A stretch of 64,000 nt of DNA from a bacterium (GTDB lineage Bacteria; Patescibacteriota; Minisyncoccia; Phycocordibacterales; Phycocordibacteraceae). Every line of letters begins with the position of its first letter. Within the stretch, counting starts at the first letter, position 1. The position numbers and the translations under genes were made by a program. Positions 27,945-39,579 of the stretch are shown here, piece after piece. The notes beneath the pieces are model-generated. The model made no database searches. It was not told where the DNA came from and was given only the letters and a program-made list of their open reading frames with translations. The DNA lies in contig JBBCGK010000001.1 of NCBI GenBank assembly GCA_037200965.1, positions 416,001 to 480,000 of the forward strand, in the 5' to 3' direction.

Positions 27945-29315
27945 TCACCATGAGCTTACGCGAAACAGCATCCTTTTGATAGTCTTGAGCGCGATAACGA
28001 TGTCGAGCCCGAGCGAGCGGTATTTGAGGTAGTAGAAGTCGTAAGCGAGGCGGGTTTTGGTCTCTTCTATGGATTGCGGGCTGATGCTTCCCTGCTCGTA
28101 CTGCTGGTTGATCTGCGCCCAGCCCGTGATGCCGGGCTTCACGATATAGCGGGCGTCGTAGTACGGAATAGCTTCGGAGAGACGCTTGCCGAGCCCTTCG
28201 ATATCGCTTCGGGGGCCGATGAGCGAGATTTCGCCCCGAAGGACGTTGAGCCATTGCGGAAACTCGTCAAGCGACGTCACGCGAAGGAAGCTGCCGACGC
28301 GTGTGACCCGGTTCTCCCCTTCCGTCGTCCATTCGCCGGAACTTGCGAGATTCTTGGTCATGCTCCGGAACTTGCGCGCGGCGACCGGCCTTCCGCACTC
28401 CCCTATGCGGACCTGTTCGATGAATACGGGACCGGGACCTTCGAGTTTCTGCGCGAAATACACGAAGGGCGTAGCGAGCGCGGTTACGAGGCCCATCACG
28501 AGGCCCCCGATGATATCGATTGCGCGCTTGGCGGCCATATACGCAAGCGACGGATTCGCGGAAACGTGCTTGAGGAACCATTCGTGCTTCATAAGCGAGA
28601 GCGGGATGCGGTCGAAGACCTCTTCGTATACCTGCGTGAATTCGGCAAACTGGTAGGTGCGCCTGAAGCAGGACAGGTGATAGATGAGCGGCAGGAGGCC
28701 CTTGGCAACGGGGTGCTCGGTATCGACGACGAGCATCCCCACGTTCGCTTTCTCGAACTCCGCTTCAAGCGCTGCGGCATCAAGGTCCGCGAACTCCTCC
28801 GGGGTGCGGACAAGCGCGAATTCGAGATGATAGCGGGAATTCCCGTTGACTTCCCGCACAAGCTCGTCCGCTTCCGCGCCGCTTGCGATGAGCGCCGCGC
28901 GAAAACGAACGCGGCGGCTGGTCAGTTTCGGATAGAGCGCAAGGCGCCAGAGGAAGATAAGCCCGAGCGAGATGACGAGATACAGAACGAGATTGGTTTT
29001 CGGGGCGATGCCGACGCCGGGCACGAGAAAGAAGAAGAGTGCGGCGAGCACGATGTTGAATACCTGCGTCTTGAGGAGCGCATCAGCCAGCCGGCTCTTG
29101 AAGAGGATTACCCGCTTGCCATAGAGGCCCGAGAGATAGAAAACGAGGATCCATAGCGCGAACAGGAGCGCGAATACCGGGAAGTGAGCGCCGAACGTCT
29201 CGCGGCTCGGGAGTTCCCCGTAGCGAAGGAGAAGGGTAAGCCAAAGCGCCGCCACGAAGGCGGCAATATCGCCGAGAAACAGGAGCGCGGCTCCCCTTTT
29301 GCCACCGTGAGTCAT
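27945..29315 (-). CDS. polyprenyl-phosphate sugar phosphotransferase (WbaP / bacterial sugar transferase family)
   Basis: N-terminal TM helices plus a C-terminal ...RPVAARKFRSM...VGSFLRVTSLDEFPQWLNVLRGEISLIGPR... motif. Confidence 0.8.
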   Translation of the reverse strand: MTHGGKRGAALLFLGDIAAFVAALWLTLLLRYGELPSRETFGAHFPVFALLFALWILVFYLSGLYGKRVILFKSRLADALLKTQVFNIVLAALFFFLVPGVGIAPKTNLVLYLVISLGLIFLWRLALYPKLTSRRVRFRAALIASGAEADELVREVNGNSRYHLEFALVRTPEEFADLDAAALEAEFEKANVGMLVVDTEHPVAKGLLPLIYHLSCFRRTYQFAEFTQVYEEVFDRIPLSLMKHEWFLKHVSANPSLAYMAAKRAIDIIGGLVMGLVTALATPFVYFAQKLEGPGPVFIEQVRIGECGRPVAARKFRSMTKNLASSGEWTTEGENRVTRVGSFLRVTSLDEFPQWLNVLRGEISLIGPRSDIEGLGKRLSEAIPYYDARYIVKPGITGWAQINQQYEQGSISPQSIEETKTRLAYDFYYLKYRSLGLDIVIALKTIKRMLFRVSSW

Positions 29316-29350
29316 CGGATACGGTTATACTATAGAACATCTACAGCCGC

Positions 29351-30481
29351 ATGGAAGTTACGCCCCCGCACAAGATTCTCTACGTCATCACCAAGGCAAA
29401 CTGGGGCGGCGCGCAGAAATACGTCTTCGACCTCGCGCTTGAGGCGAAAAAACGCGGGTACGATGCGGCGGTCGCGTACGGCGAGGAGGGGCTCCTGGCA
29501 AAAAAACTCGCGGAGGCGGGCGTGCGGACGATGCGCGTCGCGGCGCTTCGCCGCGACGTATTGGGGCTCGGGGAGTTCAAGGCGGCGGCGGAGCTGTGGC
29601 GTTTGTTTCGGGAGGAACGTCCGGACATCGTGCACCTTAACAGCTCGAAAGCGGGGTTTATAGGCACGCTCGCGGCGCGGATGGCCCGCGTGCCGCGCAT
29701 AGTCTTCACGGCGCACGGATGGGCCTTCAACGAACCGCGCCGGAAGTTCGAGAAGAACCTTTTCGGCATCCTCCACCACCTCACCATTCTCGGGACGCAC
29801 CGGACGATCTGCAATTCGGAAGCCACGTACCGGGACGTTGCGTGCATGCCGGGCGCCCGGGGAAGGCTTGTCGTGATATATAACGGGGTCGAACCGGTGG
29901 AACTGCACGGGCGGGCGGCGGCGCGCGCGAAGCTTGCCCCCGGTCTTAAGGCTACATTCTGGCTCGGTACGCTTGCGGAACTCCATCGCGTGAAGGGCCT
30001 TGATGTCGCGCTCAGGGCGTTCTCGAAGATCGCGGAGCGCTTCCCCGACATGGCGCTTGTGCTTATGGGAAGCGGCGAGGAACGCGCGCATCTCACCGCC
30101 CTTGCGCACTGGCTTGGCATCGAGAAGCGCGTCTTTTTTTGCGGACATGTGGAAAACGCGGCGGGCTATCTCCCGGCGTTCGATCTGTTTCTCCTTCCGT
30201 CGCGCTCCGAAAGCTTCGGGTACGTGGTGGCCGAAGCGGGGCTTGCGAGGGTGCCCGTGATCGCAAGCAGCGTGGGCGGCGTGCCGGAGCTTATCGAACA
30301 CAAGGTGACAGGGCTGTTGGTACCTCCGGACGATGCCGATGCGCTCGCGCAGGCGATAGCAGACCTGCGGGAAGATCCCGCGCTTGCCGCCGGACTTGCC
30401 GGGAAGTTCTTCGAGCGCGTGCACAGGGATTTCTCAAAACAGAAATCGCTTGACGAGACATTCGCGCTTTACGGCCTTTAG
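29351..30481 (+). CDS. glycosyltransferase family 1 (GT4 fold)
   Basis: ...RSESFGYVVAEAGLARVPVIASSVGGVPELI...; 376 aa. Confidence 0.8.
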   Translation: MEVTPPHKILYVITKANWGGAQKYVFDLALEAKKRGYDAAVAYGEEGLLAKKLAEAGVRTMRVAALRRDVLGLGEFKAAAELWRLFREERPDIVHLNSSKAGFIGTLAARMARVPRIVFTAHGWAFNEPRRKFEKNLFGILHHLTILGTHRTICNSEATYRDVACMPGARGRLVVIYNGVEPVELHGRAAARAKLAPGLKATFWLGTLAELHRVKGLDVALRAFSKIAERFPDMALVLMGSGEERAHLTALAHWLGIEKRVFFCGHVENAAGYLPAFDLFLLPSRSESFGYVVAEAGLARVPVIASSVGGVPELIEHKVTGLLVPPDDADALAQAIADLREDPALAAGLAGKFFERVHRDFSKQKSLDETFALYGL

Positions 30482-31614
30482 CCTATATATTCCTGGCCCG
30501 CGAGCGAACGCGAGACGCTCCTGCCGTGCCGGGCAAGCGATGAGACGATGCCAAGCGCCGCGAATTCCATAAGGAGATGCGACCCGCCGGAGCTCATGAA
30601 CGGTATCGTCGTGCCGGTAACCGGCAGGAGTCCCAGGTTGATCCCCGCGTGTATGAAAAGGTGCGCCATAAGGACGAGGGCGACGCCAAGCGTGAAGAAC
30701 GCGTCGAAATTGGTCGCCGCGCGCTTCGCGATATCGATGAGGCGGGCGAGCAGGAGGCCGTAGAGAAGCAGGAGAAGGAGAACGCCGACGAAGCCCCACT
30801 CTTCGGCGAACGCGGCGAACACGAAGTCCGTCTCGTATTCCGGAAGGAACCGGAGCTTCGACTGCGTGCCGTATCCGATTCCCTTCCCGAGCCACTCCCC
30901 GGAGCCCACGGCGACCGTCGCCTGATAGGCGTTATAGCCCGCGCCGCGGATGTCGGCCGCGGGATTGAGGAAGGCGACAATGCGCGTCCGCTGATAGTCG
31001 TGAAGGCCAAGGGACCAGAACCCCGCCGCGGCGACGATGCCCGCAAGCGCGACGAGCGCCAGATGCTTTTTCGAGATGCCGGAAACGAGCATCATGCCAA
31101 GCCATACGGCGGAAAGTATCACGGCGGTCCCGAGATCGGGCTGCACGAGGACCAGAAGAATCAGGGCGGCCGCATAGAGGCCGGAAATGATGACGTGCTT
31201 CAGCTGCGCGATGTCGACGTGCCGGCGAGAGAGGTATTTCGACAAAAGCATTACGAGCGCGAGCTTCGCGAAATCGGCGGGCTGGAACGAAAAGCCGCCA
31301 AGAAGAAACCAGCTTTTCGCCCCCATTACCTTATGCGCGACAAGGAGGAGGAGCGCGAGGAGCGCGACCGCAAGCGCGTACGCCGCGAACACGACCTCCT
31401 TGCGCCTCAGGAACCGCAAATCAAGCGAGGAAAGGGCGAAATACGCGAATACCGCGAGGACGAGCCACTCAAGCTGGCGCGGCGCGAGGCTTGCGCCCAC
31501 GCCGAACGTATTCATGGTAAGGACGCCAAGCAGCGTGAGCGTTATGGCCGGAAGGATGAGGAGCCAGTCGAACCGGCGGGGGAAGCCCTCGGCCTTCGAA
31601 AACAGTTCCCTCAT
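30478..31614 (-). CDS. SEDS-family cell-cycle protein (FtsW/RodA)
   Basis: Ten or so TM segments; ...QPDLGTAV..., ...PEYETDFVFA..., ...TGTTIPFMSSGGSHLL... Confidence 0.8.
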   Translation of the reverse strand: MRELFSKAEGFPRRFDWLLILPAITLTLLGVLTMNTFGVGASLAPRQLEWLVLAVFAYFALSSLDLRFLRRKEVVFAAYALAVALLALLLLVAHKVMGAKSWFLLGGFSFQPADFAKLALVMLLSKYLSRRHVDIAQLKHVIISGLYAAALILLVLVQPDLGTAVILSAVWLGMMLVSGISKKHLALVALAGIVAAAGFWSLGLHDYQRTRIVAFLNPAADIRGAGYNAYQATVAVGSGEWLGKGIGYGTQSKLRFLPEYETDFVFAAFAEEWGFVGVLLLLLLYGLLLARLIDIAKRAATNFDAFFTLGVALVLMAHLFIHAGINLGLLPVTGTTIPFMSSGGSHLLMEFAALGIVSSLARHGRSVSRSLAGQEYIG

Positions 31615-32375
31615 CGCGGGAGCATAATGACGGGCTTGACCTCAATGCGGGCTACCGGGGCCGGGAAGGCCGCGTTCCAGGTGAAGATCGCAGAAGCGCT
31701 ACCCTGCGGCTGGATCGCTTCGAGCACGGTCTGCGAGGCGCCGACCGCGTTTCCGGATGCGTCGAATACCGTCGCGACGACTTTCGTATTGTAAAGCGGC
31801 TCAACGTCGTCGTTTTGGAGAACGGCAGTGATGCGGGGCGCATCCGGCGTGCCGCCAAGCTCCGCGCTCCTTGCTTTCGGAAGTACGCGCGTCTCCCGAT
31901 AGCTTTCCCACAGGACGGAATCCTGATCGAACGTAAGAAACACCCGAACGACCTGCTGGTTGCCGGAAAAGAAATTCGGCACGTAGACCGGGACGACCGA
32001 CTTCGGCGGGAGGTCAACCGTACCGTTCGAGCTCGCGATGATCACATTCCCCGCTCCGTAGAGATCGATGCGATACGGGGCGCTGCGGGCGGCAGCGGAT
32101 GGATTCTGATTCTCGACGTACGCGATCACATCGGTACGGCCCGCGCGAGGCGAGAGCGCCCTGACGAATTGCACCACCGGAGCTTCGGTCTTGACCGCAC
32201 AAAGGTACGGACAGGGTCCGCCGCAGTCCACGCCTTCTTCGCCCTGGTTCTGCTTCGTGTCGGTACATGAAGGCGCCCTATACACCGCGGCAAACAGAAT
32301 GGCCGCCGCGAGCACAGCCGCAAGGGCGATAAGCCCCCCGAGTATCCAGAATCTTCGTCGCGCTGCCCAGGACAT
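31611..32375 (-). CDS. membrane-anchored hypothetical protein
   Basis: MSWAARRRFWILGGLIALAAVLAAAILFA (TM anchor); CxxxC...CGGPCPYLC. Confidence 0.45.
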   Translation of the reverse strand: MSWAARRRFWILGGLIALAAVLAAAILFAAVYRAPSCTDTKQNQGEEGVDCGGPCPYLCAVKTEAPVVQFVRALSPRAGRTDVIAYVENQNPSAAARSAPYRIDLYGAGNVIIASSNGTVDLPPKSVVPVYVPNFFSGNQQVVRVFLTFDQDSVLWESYRETRVLPKARSAELGGTPDAPRITAVLQNDDVEPLYNTKVVATVFDASGNAVGASQTVLEAIQPQGSASAIFTWNAAFPAPVARIEVKPVIMLPR

Positions 32376-32760
32376 ATCTCTAGTATAAACGAATGCAGCC
32401 AACTCAACGAGTCGGCCGCAAACTCACCTTATGATCTCTTATCGTCTGAAAAGCACGCGGTCGACCGAAGCTTGGAATCGGCGTTTGCAGAAAGCGCATC
32501 CGCTTCCCGCGAACATATGTTCGTAGATAGCAGCAAGCGATGCATGCGGGTCCGCCGACGCTCCTAAACAGGTAGCGTAGGTGCCCACAAAAGGAACTTC
32601 CCATTCATCAATTGCCGCGATGTGCGGATATTTGTTCGCTAACGCCAAAACTTCTGCCGATTCTTGTCCCGAAGTTCTCATGGGCCTTACTCCTTCTCTC
32701 CTTTACCGGGAACTCGTAAATACGGTGCAAGGTTACGAAAACACGCCCGCAGTGCTGGCG

Positions 32761-32861
32761 ACTACCTACTCTCCCCCTTGCGGAGTACCATCGGTTCAAG
32801 AGGGCTTGACTGCCGAGTTCGGAATGAGATCGGGTATGACCCCTCCGACAAATCACCAGCA
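32761..32861 (-). rRNA. rrf: 5S rRNA
   Basis: The reverse complement reads GTGCTGGTGATT...CCGAACTCGGCAGTCAAGCCCTCTTGAACCGATGGTACTCCGCAAGGGGGAGAGTAGGTAGTCGCCAGCAC. Confidence 0.7.
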
Positions 32862-33269
32862 CCGCGGGCGCGTTTTATAAAACGGCACGCACGATGCAAA
32901 CGAGATACGTATAGATGGAAAATGCGAGCGCGCGCAGATTGTGGCACGCAGAGTTCCGCACAGTAGACTCGGCATATTAGTATTCCTCCGCTCCGGCAAT
33001 TGCTTGCCTTCCACGTAGAACCTATCAACCTGGTAATCTCCCAGGTGCCTGATAACGATTTCTAATCTTGGAGCACGCTTCCCGCTTATATGCTTTCAGC
33101 GGTTATCGCAACCCGACATAGCTACCCAGCGGTGCCCTTGGCAGGACAGCTGGCAGACCAGAGGTCAGTTCATCCCGGTCCTCTCGTACTAGGGACGACC
33201 CTCCTCAAAAATCAACGCCTGTAGTAGATAGGAGACCAACCTGTCTCACGCATGTTCTCACGCATTACT

Positions 33270-33915
33270 GCGTGCATCGGACTGTAACTTCATCGGTTCT
33301 CGATGTTCAACGTTCAGTCTCTACGGGCGATATACCTCCGTATCCGCTTCTTGGAGTAGTTCAGTTCTCCGAAAGCGTTTACGAGTTCGAGCAATTTCTT
33401 GAATGCTGCCTGATTCTGTTCGCGCTTCTTGCAGTCCAGGACCTTCTTCAGGAGAGCGATCTGTTTCTTCTTCAACCGAACGAAAGGTTCGACGAGTCGG
33501 ATCATCTCTTCTAAGTCGTCAAGACGCTGCACCGTGTACTCGCACACGCCATCCTTGCGTTCCCGAAGGGAACCGAACGGCATAAGCGTACACATCTTCT
33601 CGAAAGAATCCTTCGACTTGGCGGACTGGAAGAACACTATCGCTGGTGCAATCTGGTATCCGAACCGATAGGTTGAATTAGGTTTTGCACGAACGTAGAT
33701 GCTTCCATCCCCATCGAGGAATCCTGCGAGATAAGCCCTGTCAGTGTCAGATAGGCGAATTTGCTTCATATCTTCCCTCGGTATTATCCTACCATATGAC
33801 AGGTTAGGACTTCACCGATATAAGTTGAATTGTCGTACTGCATTCCTGCAATACGCCGCCGTGATCATGTCTTCTGCCTCGGGGCTCAGACCGTTCAGTG
33901 GCCGATGCTTTCATC
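33270..33915 (-). mobile_element. 23S intron (about 650 nt) in domain V near E. coli position 2590
   Basis: The exon breaks between GGGTTCAGAC (about 33918) and GAGAACATGCGTGAGACAG (about 33262). Contains a LAGLIDADG ORF. Confidence 0.65.
33314..33769 (-). CDS. LAGLIDADG homing endonuclease (single-motif type)
   Basis: Motif [13 protein letters not shown]; 151 aa. Confidence 0.7.
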   Translation of the reverse strand: MKQIRLSDTDRAYLAGFLDGDGSIYVRAKPNSTYRFGYQIAPAIVFFQSAKSKDSFEKMCTLMPFGSLRERKDGVCEYTVQRLDDLEEMIRLVEPFVRLKKKQIALLKKVLDCKKREQNQAAFKKLLELVNAFGELNYSKKRIRRYIARRD

Positions 33916-34244
33916 TAGCCGCTGAACGGTCTGAACCCAACTCACGTAACATTTTAATTGGCGAACAGCCAAACGCTTGGGACCTTCTCCAGCCCCGCGC
34001 TATGTTGAGTCGACATCGAGGTGCCGAACTCCGCCGTCGCTATGGACGCTTGGGCGGAACTAGCCTGTTATCCCCAGAGTAACTTTTATCCGTTGAGCTC
34101 TGGCCGCATCTAAGGCGTACCATCGGATCACTATGCTCTGCTTTCGCATCTGCTCGGGATGTACCCCTTGCAGTTAAGCTCTCTTATGCCATTACACTAT
34201 CGGCACGGTTTCCATTCGCGCCTAGAGAACCTTAATAGACTCCT

Positions 34245-34550
34245 CCGTTACTTTTTAGGCGTGTGGTACTCAATCGCTTGAGCGCGCGATCACGGAATCG
34301 CACCTCTATGTCGCCATAGAGATCGGACTATATCTTCATCACCTTGCGGTGAGATCGGCGTGTAGTCTCTGAGGGTTCTCTTACGAGTCTTCCCTGCTGA
34401 TTGTCCGCACCGGACGGATTTTCACTCTTTCGAGTACCGCCGGATACCCGGATGTTCCAGCATTTGGCCGATTTGCTTGTACCGGTTGCCCGGCACAGTC
34501 CCCCTTTTTTATATTTATCGGTTTTCGGATGATGGTCGAACGGGCGCCGC
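34245..34550 (-). mobile_element. ORF-less 23S intron-like insertion (about 300 nt) in domain V near E. coli position 2450
   Basis: Lies between CTCCTCCGTTACTTTTTAGG and GCGCCCCACCAAAACTGCC. Shares the motifs GGACTATATCTTCATCAC, GTGTAGTCTCTGAGGGT and CCCTGCTGATTG with the other introns. Confidence 0.5.
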
Positions 34551-35104
34551 TTTCGAGGATAGCGCCCCACCAAAACTGCCTACCACGCACGGTCCCGAGG
34601 AGGATCCCTCCTCGGTTAGGAACTGCACAATTCAAGAGTGGTATTTCACTGACGAGTCCACGGGAGCCGAAACCCCCGCTTCAACCTCTCCCACCTATGC
34701 TACGCAGGAATCACGCAGCCCCAATACGAAGCTGCAGTAAAGCTTCTGGGGTCTTTTCGTCTAACTACAGGTAACCGGCATCTTCACCGGTAATGCATTT
34801 TCACCGAGCGAGTCCTCGAGACAGTTCCCCAGTCATTACGCCATTCGTGCACGTCGGAATTTACCCGACAAGGAATTGCGCTCTTCTATTCCTCTACGAA
34901 GGACCATTTCTTCACCCCCGAAGGGGTGCGCGGCGTATGGCCTCTCTTGTGAGCCGCGGATCTGCTATGCGTTGCCGCATAACGAGGTAGCTTGTCATGA
35001 CGTAATCTTTCGAACTGTTTACGGTCTCCTACAATCGTCCCAATCCGTTCCGCGCTCGATCGCTCGAACGCGGAACCTTAGGCATATCTCCTTCCTGTCG
35101 CCAG

Positions 35105-35920
35105 GAGGTTGGACTTTATCATCTCGCGTCTCAAGCGAGTCCGACGTAAAGTCTCTGAGGATTCATGTGTTCAATTACTAATCCGGGAGCGTCGCGAGCA
35201 TCTCTTGTAGAGCGTGCTTGCGGCCCTTTCCTTGTTGATTCATCGAGTATGCGAGTGTTGCTATCCTCACAAACCCTTCCTTCGTCCAGTGCTCCCGCTT
35301 CTCCATTGCCGCGACGATCTCCTTGAAGATCACGAATGTCTCGGCTTTGACGAGAAGCGGGTATCGCTCGAAGAACGGTATAACCCGCTCGACGATTGAA
35401 CGTCTCGAATCGATGCTGAAGTTGAGGACGGGATGAGTTCCGGATTTTCGATATATCGACCCTGTCCCGAAGGTTTCCTTCATGAGTTCAAGCACCTCGC
35501 GGTGCTTCTCATGCTGGTATACCTGGAAACAAGGATTGATCATCCATCCGAACTTTTGGGTCGGATGCTTGATGATCGATACCGAGAAGCTTCCCTCTCC
35601 GTCCACGAATCCTGCTACATAGTAGTTGCGCTGATGTCGCTTGCCACGGAAGTAGCTCATGACATCAGCCGAGTTATTCAGTCTCATGGCTAAGTTTGTT
35701 AGTTGTGAGACGAACACATGTCTTTCCTGCTGATTGACTGCACCGCGCGCATTGTTACCTGCTCGGTAGCGGCGGATACACCAGTTATTCCAGCATTTGG
35801 TCGGATTTTATAATCGCCCGACTTTTGACCTACTTGCGCAGGTTTGTAGGGTCCACGATTATAGTTATCGCCGACATTCACCAGGGCATATACAGCCCAG
35901 CACTATATCCGAAGACATAG
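35105..35920 (-). mobile_element. 23S intron (about 815 nt) in domain IV near E. coli positions 1915-1935
   Basis: The exon sequence resumes at CCTTCTGGCATCGGTCAGGCGTCACC near 35925. Contains a LAGLIDADG ORF. Confidence 0.65.
35178..35717 (-). CDS. LAGLIDADG homing endonuclease (single-motif type)
   Basis: Motif VAGFVDGEGSFSV; 179 aa. Confidence 0.7.
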   Translation of the reverse strand: MFVSQLTNLAMRLNNSADVMSYFRGKRHQRNYYVAGFVDGEGSFSVSIIKHPTQKFGWMINPCFQVYQHEKHREVLELMKETFGTGSIYRKSGTHPVLNFSIDSRRSIVERVIPFFERYPLLVKAETFVIFKEIVAAMEKREHWTKEGFVRIATLAYSMNQQGKGRKHALQEMLATLPD

Positions 35921-36059
35921 CACCCTCCGTACTTAACCTTCTGGCATCGGTCAGGCGTCACCCCCTATACATCCTCTTACGAGTTCGCAGGGAGCTGTGT
36001 TTTTGGTAAACAGTTGCCAGGGAATCTTTCGCTGCGGCCCGCGCACCACTTTAGCCTCA

Positions 36060-36415
36060 ACTCTTTTGGAAGGAGCGGAAACTAAAGTACTCGACGATCA
36101 AGACATGTTGTGAATCCGGATATCCGTTCCGATCTTCGTGGAATTATCCACAAAGAAAAGTCGGGGGCGTCTCCGTTCTACAACGTCATCCATCAGCTGG
36201 CCCAGGTCTTCCGGGCCGCAGATGTATTTCTGATCATCGTTCACGAACTCTAACGTGCACTCGGAAGCACTCGGATAACGATACTTGAACGACCTCAACT
36301 CTCTGGTCGTGAGCATCGTATACAGTACTTCGAGGTCAAGTTTTGTTCTTTGCTGCGTCATTTTGCTCTCCATATGTTGAGGACAAAGTGGTGCGCGGGC
36401 AGGCCTTATCGCTAA
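36060..36415 (-). other. insertion / expansion (about 355 nt) in 23S domain IV carrying a non-LAGLIDADG ORF
   Basis: E. coli has about 60 nt between CAGTTGCAGCC and CCGAAGTTACGG; this window has about 410 nt. An open frame (36098..36520 in the track; the internal Met frame reads MTQQRTKLDLEVLYTMLTTRELRSFKYRYPSASECTLEFVNDDQKYICGPEDLGQLMDD...) lies within it. Confidence 0.4.
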
Positions 36416-37642
36416 CTTACGGCCGCTTTTTTGCCGAGTTCCTTGAGGACCTCTCACTCGTTCGTCTTGGTCTTCTCGACCTGACCACCTGTGTCGGTTT
36501 ACGGTACGGTCGTCGCACATTAAGCTTAGAAGTTTTTCTTGGAACCGCGCTCTCTACTCTCCGCTCCCCCGTGGGAGAACGTTGCGGCTACGCTCGGAAT
36601 AGCGCATGGCGGATTTACCTACCACACTTCCTCGCGCAACCGACCCAAATCCAATTATGGGCGGTAGATACAGCAGTCCGTCGCTCCATCGCATATGCGA
36701 ACGGTCACGGAATATTAACCGTGTGTCCATCGGGTTCGGCTCTCGCCTACCCCTTAGGCCCGACTAACCCAGAGTTGATCATCATGGCTCTGGAAACCTT
36801 GGTCTTTCGACGTGCGGGGTTCTCACCCGCATTGTGGTTACTTGTACCGGCATCCTCACTTCCGTACGCTCCACGACGGGTTACCCCTTACGCTTCAGCG
36901 CATACGGAACGCTCTCCTACCGCATACCTTTCCCGAAGGAAAGGTACACCCGCAGTTTCGGCACTACGCTTAACCCCGATCATCTTCGGCGCAGGAACCC
37001 TCGATGAGTGAGCTGTTACGCTTTCTTTAAATGGTGGCTGCTTCTAAGCCAACATCCTCATTGTCGAAGGATTCCCACTTCCTTAAGTCGTACTGAGCGT
37101 AGATTTTGGGGCCTTAACTTGCGATCTGGGCTCTTCCCCTCTCGACCAGTGGAGCTTCGCCCCCACGGTCTAACTGCCATATTCTTGACCCTTGGTATTC
37201 GGAGGTTGATAGGGTCAACGAGATTTCTCCCTGTTTGACCCTTCCAGTGCTCTACCCCCAAGGGGAACATATGACGCCAACCCAAAAGCTGTTTCGGAGA
37301 GAACCAGCTATTACTAGATTCGATTAGCTTTTCACTCCTTACCACAAGTCATCCGAAGACGTTGTACGATCTACCGGTTCGGGCCTCCATCCGTCTTTCG
37401 ACGAACTTCACCCTGCTCATGGCAAGCTCATCTAGCTTCGGGTCGTATGCATACTACAGGCGCGCTATTAACACTCGGTTTCCCTGAAGCTCCATCCGGT
37501 AAAGGATTTAGCTACGCAGCATGCATACACTCGCCGGCTCATTCTTCAATAGGCACGCTGTCACGGATACGGCTTGCGCCGTTCCGCTCCAACCCCTTGT
37601 AAGTGCACGGTTTCAGTTCTATTTCACTCCCCTCTCGGGGTG

Positions 37643-37682
<40 letters not shown>

Positions 37683-38469
37683 CTGCGTGATATTTAGCCT
37701 TACCGGTTAGTTCCGGCAGATTCATTCGAGCTATTCGTGTCTCGAACTACTCAGGAACGGAAGCACAAGAGAGATCTCTATTTCGCGTACGGGGCCATTA
37801 CCCTCTGGGGCGCTGCTTCCCAGCAGCTTCCGCTATAGAGACCTTTTGTAACTCCTGCCGTATAAATACGGCGCTTCCGCCCTACAACCCCGAAGATCGA
37901 AACCTTCGGTTTGGGCTCTTCCCGTTTCGCTCGCCGCTACTAAGGGAATCGCGAGAGACGTGTTCCACCCCCTCGACGAATCGAGGAGCCGGAACACGGC
38001 TCGCTGTTGTTTTCTATTCCTCCGGGTACTGAGATGTTTCACTTCCCCGGGTACGCTTCCATCCTCTGTCGAGGCGGATTCCCGATATACGGGAGGGTTT
38101 CCCCATTCGGAAATCTTCGGATCAAAGGCTATAAGCCGCCTCCCCGAAGCATATCGCTGGCTGATCGCGTCCTTCATCGCTCACGCAAGCCTAGGCATCC
38201 ACCGTGCACCCTTATGTCTCCTGTGCGGAGATCTGTTCACCACAATCTGATAGCACTTGCATTTTGCTGACCGCACGGGCTTAGCCCATACGGTTTTGCT
38301 TACCATCTATACGTATTCGTATGTCAAAGGGCGCACTATCCACGCGATTTTTCCGACTAAAAAACCGCTCAGAGGAGCGGTCGCATTTGCATGCAAGGCC
38401 TTCCGGCCTTTATCCGCTACTCGTTGTTAGGGTTTTTCGGGTCGGTATCACGTGTAGGGAGAGTATAGG

Positions 38470-38502
38470 GGAGGGGGCAAAGGCTGTCAACAAGGGCATG
38501 AG
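38470..38502 (-). promoter_or_regulatory. putative 23S rRNA promoter (TTGACA-17-TATACT on the minus strand)
   Basis: The reverse complement reads gTTGACAgcctttgccccctccccTATACTc, about 200 nt upstream of the 23S 5' end. Confidence 0.45.
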
Positions 38503-38843
38503 TGGGTGGTTTATAAGGTCCGCCCGCAGATTTGACAAGAATATAGAACTAGTCCATAGTTATATACGAAACAGTGGAGAGTCGGCCTAAAGGCCGATAT
38601 GCTCATATGAAGCCAGGAGTTACGCCTCAGATGAAGGAAACAACCAGGACTGCTAAGGAGCGGCGCGAGCGGTCAAGAATTGCCATGTTGATTGTCGGCA
38701 TTCCTGTTATTTCGATCGTTCTGGCACTGATCGGGTTAGGGGTTCTTCTCTTGCATGGGCCCTTTTGACGGACTGATGTGTTGGGAGTGCGAAGCGAGCA
38801 ATCGCTTCCCTCCCTGCCCATCGGTTTTTGTTTTTATAGACTA

Positions 38844-38884
38844 AAAACAAACACGCCGCGCTTCTGCGCGGCGTGTTTGTTTTA
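38844..38884. terminator. bidirectional rho-independent terminator
   Basis: AAACAAACACGCCGCGC-ttct-GCGCGGCGTGTTTGTTT, with T-runs on both strands. Confidence 0.6.
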
Positions 38885-38898
38885 AAACCCGAGAAACC

Positions 38899-39579
38899 TT
38901 ATCCGACCTGCTCGCGAACCTTGTCGATGTAGCGGGCAGCCGCTGCCTGGCCGCCAAGGCCGAAGGCAAGGCCCACCGCCAGGGAAACCGCGATGACGAC
39001 GCCCGTGAAGAGGGTCTGCACGAAGGCGGTCGCGACCTGAAGCTGCGCGAGCGCCGCGAGGATCGCGAAGATCCAGATCGCCCATCTTGCGACGGAGCCG
39101 AGGAAGTTCGCCGACGGCATGTTCGCCGCGCGCGCTGCGCCCGCGACGAGGTTCTGCACCACGTCCGCGATCACCGCTGCGACGAGAAGGATAAGGACGG
39201 CCACGATAACCTGCGGGAGATACCCGAGCACTACTTCGCGAAGGAAGATCGTCACGTCGGAGAGCCCGAGTACGTCGAGGGACGCGATGAGGAACACGAC
39301 GATGAAGAACCACTTGACCAGGGCGCCAAGGAACGCGCCGGAGTTAAGGGTGAATCCTGCGCGGGTGAGGACGCGCTCTACGCCCGCCGAACGGAGCGCC
39401 TGATCGACGCGGATCGAGTTAATGATCTGCGCGACCACGCGGCCGACGCCTGCGCCGATAAGCCAACCGATGACGAAGATGATGATCGCGACGACGAGCG
39501 TCGGGATGAACTGCACGAGGCCGTAGAAGAGACCCAAAAACGACTGGCTGAGCACGTCTGACCAAGTAGTGAGAAACAT
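38899..39579 (-). CDS. multi-pass membrane protein with conserved-TM-helix repeats (MscS-like N-terminal module)
   Basis: 226 aa, highly hydrophobic, with repeated ...LV..F.....L...V segments. Confidence 0.5.
   Translation of the reverse strand: MFLTTWSDVLSQSFLGLFYGLVQFIPTLVVAIIIFVIGWLIGAGVGRVVAQIINSIRVDQALRSAGVERVLTRAGFTLNSGAFLGALVKWFFIVVFLIASLDVLGLSDVTIFLREVVLGYLPQVIVAVLILLVAAVIADVVQNLVAGAARAANMPSANFLGSVARWAIWIFAILAALAQLQVATAFVQTLFTGVVIAVSLAVGLAFGLGGQAAAARYIDKVREQVG

Noticed and set aside
28074-29156. 360-aa plus-strand ORF
   Set aside because: Antisense to the WbaP-like sugar transferase, which has clear family motifs.
30577-31794. 405-aa plus-strand ORF
   Set aside because: Antisense to the FtsW/RodA gene. 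Charge-rich low-complexity translation.
32439-32681. 80-aa minus-strand ORF (CAFCKRRF...) downstream of the 5S rRNA
   Set aside because: Could be a real small gene, but there are no motifs, it sits in the rRNA 3' flank, and it overlaps several other short ORFs. Insufficient support.
38574-38768. 64-aa plus-strand ORF with a C-terminal hydrophobic segment, in the 23S promoter region
   Set aside because: Has a terminator downstream and a TTGACA box upstream, but lies opposite the predicted 23S promoter and leader. Not supportable without expression data.
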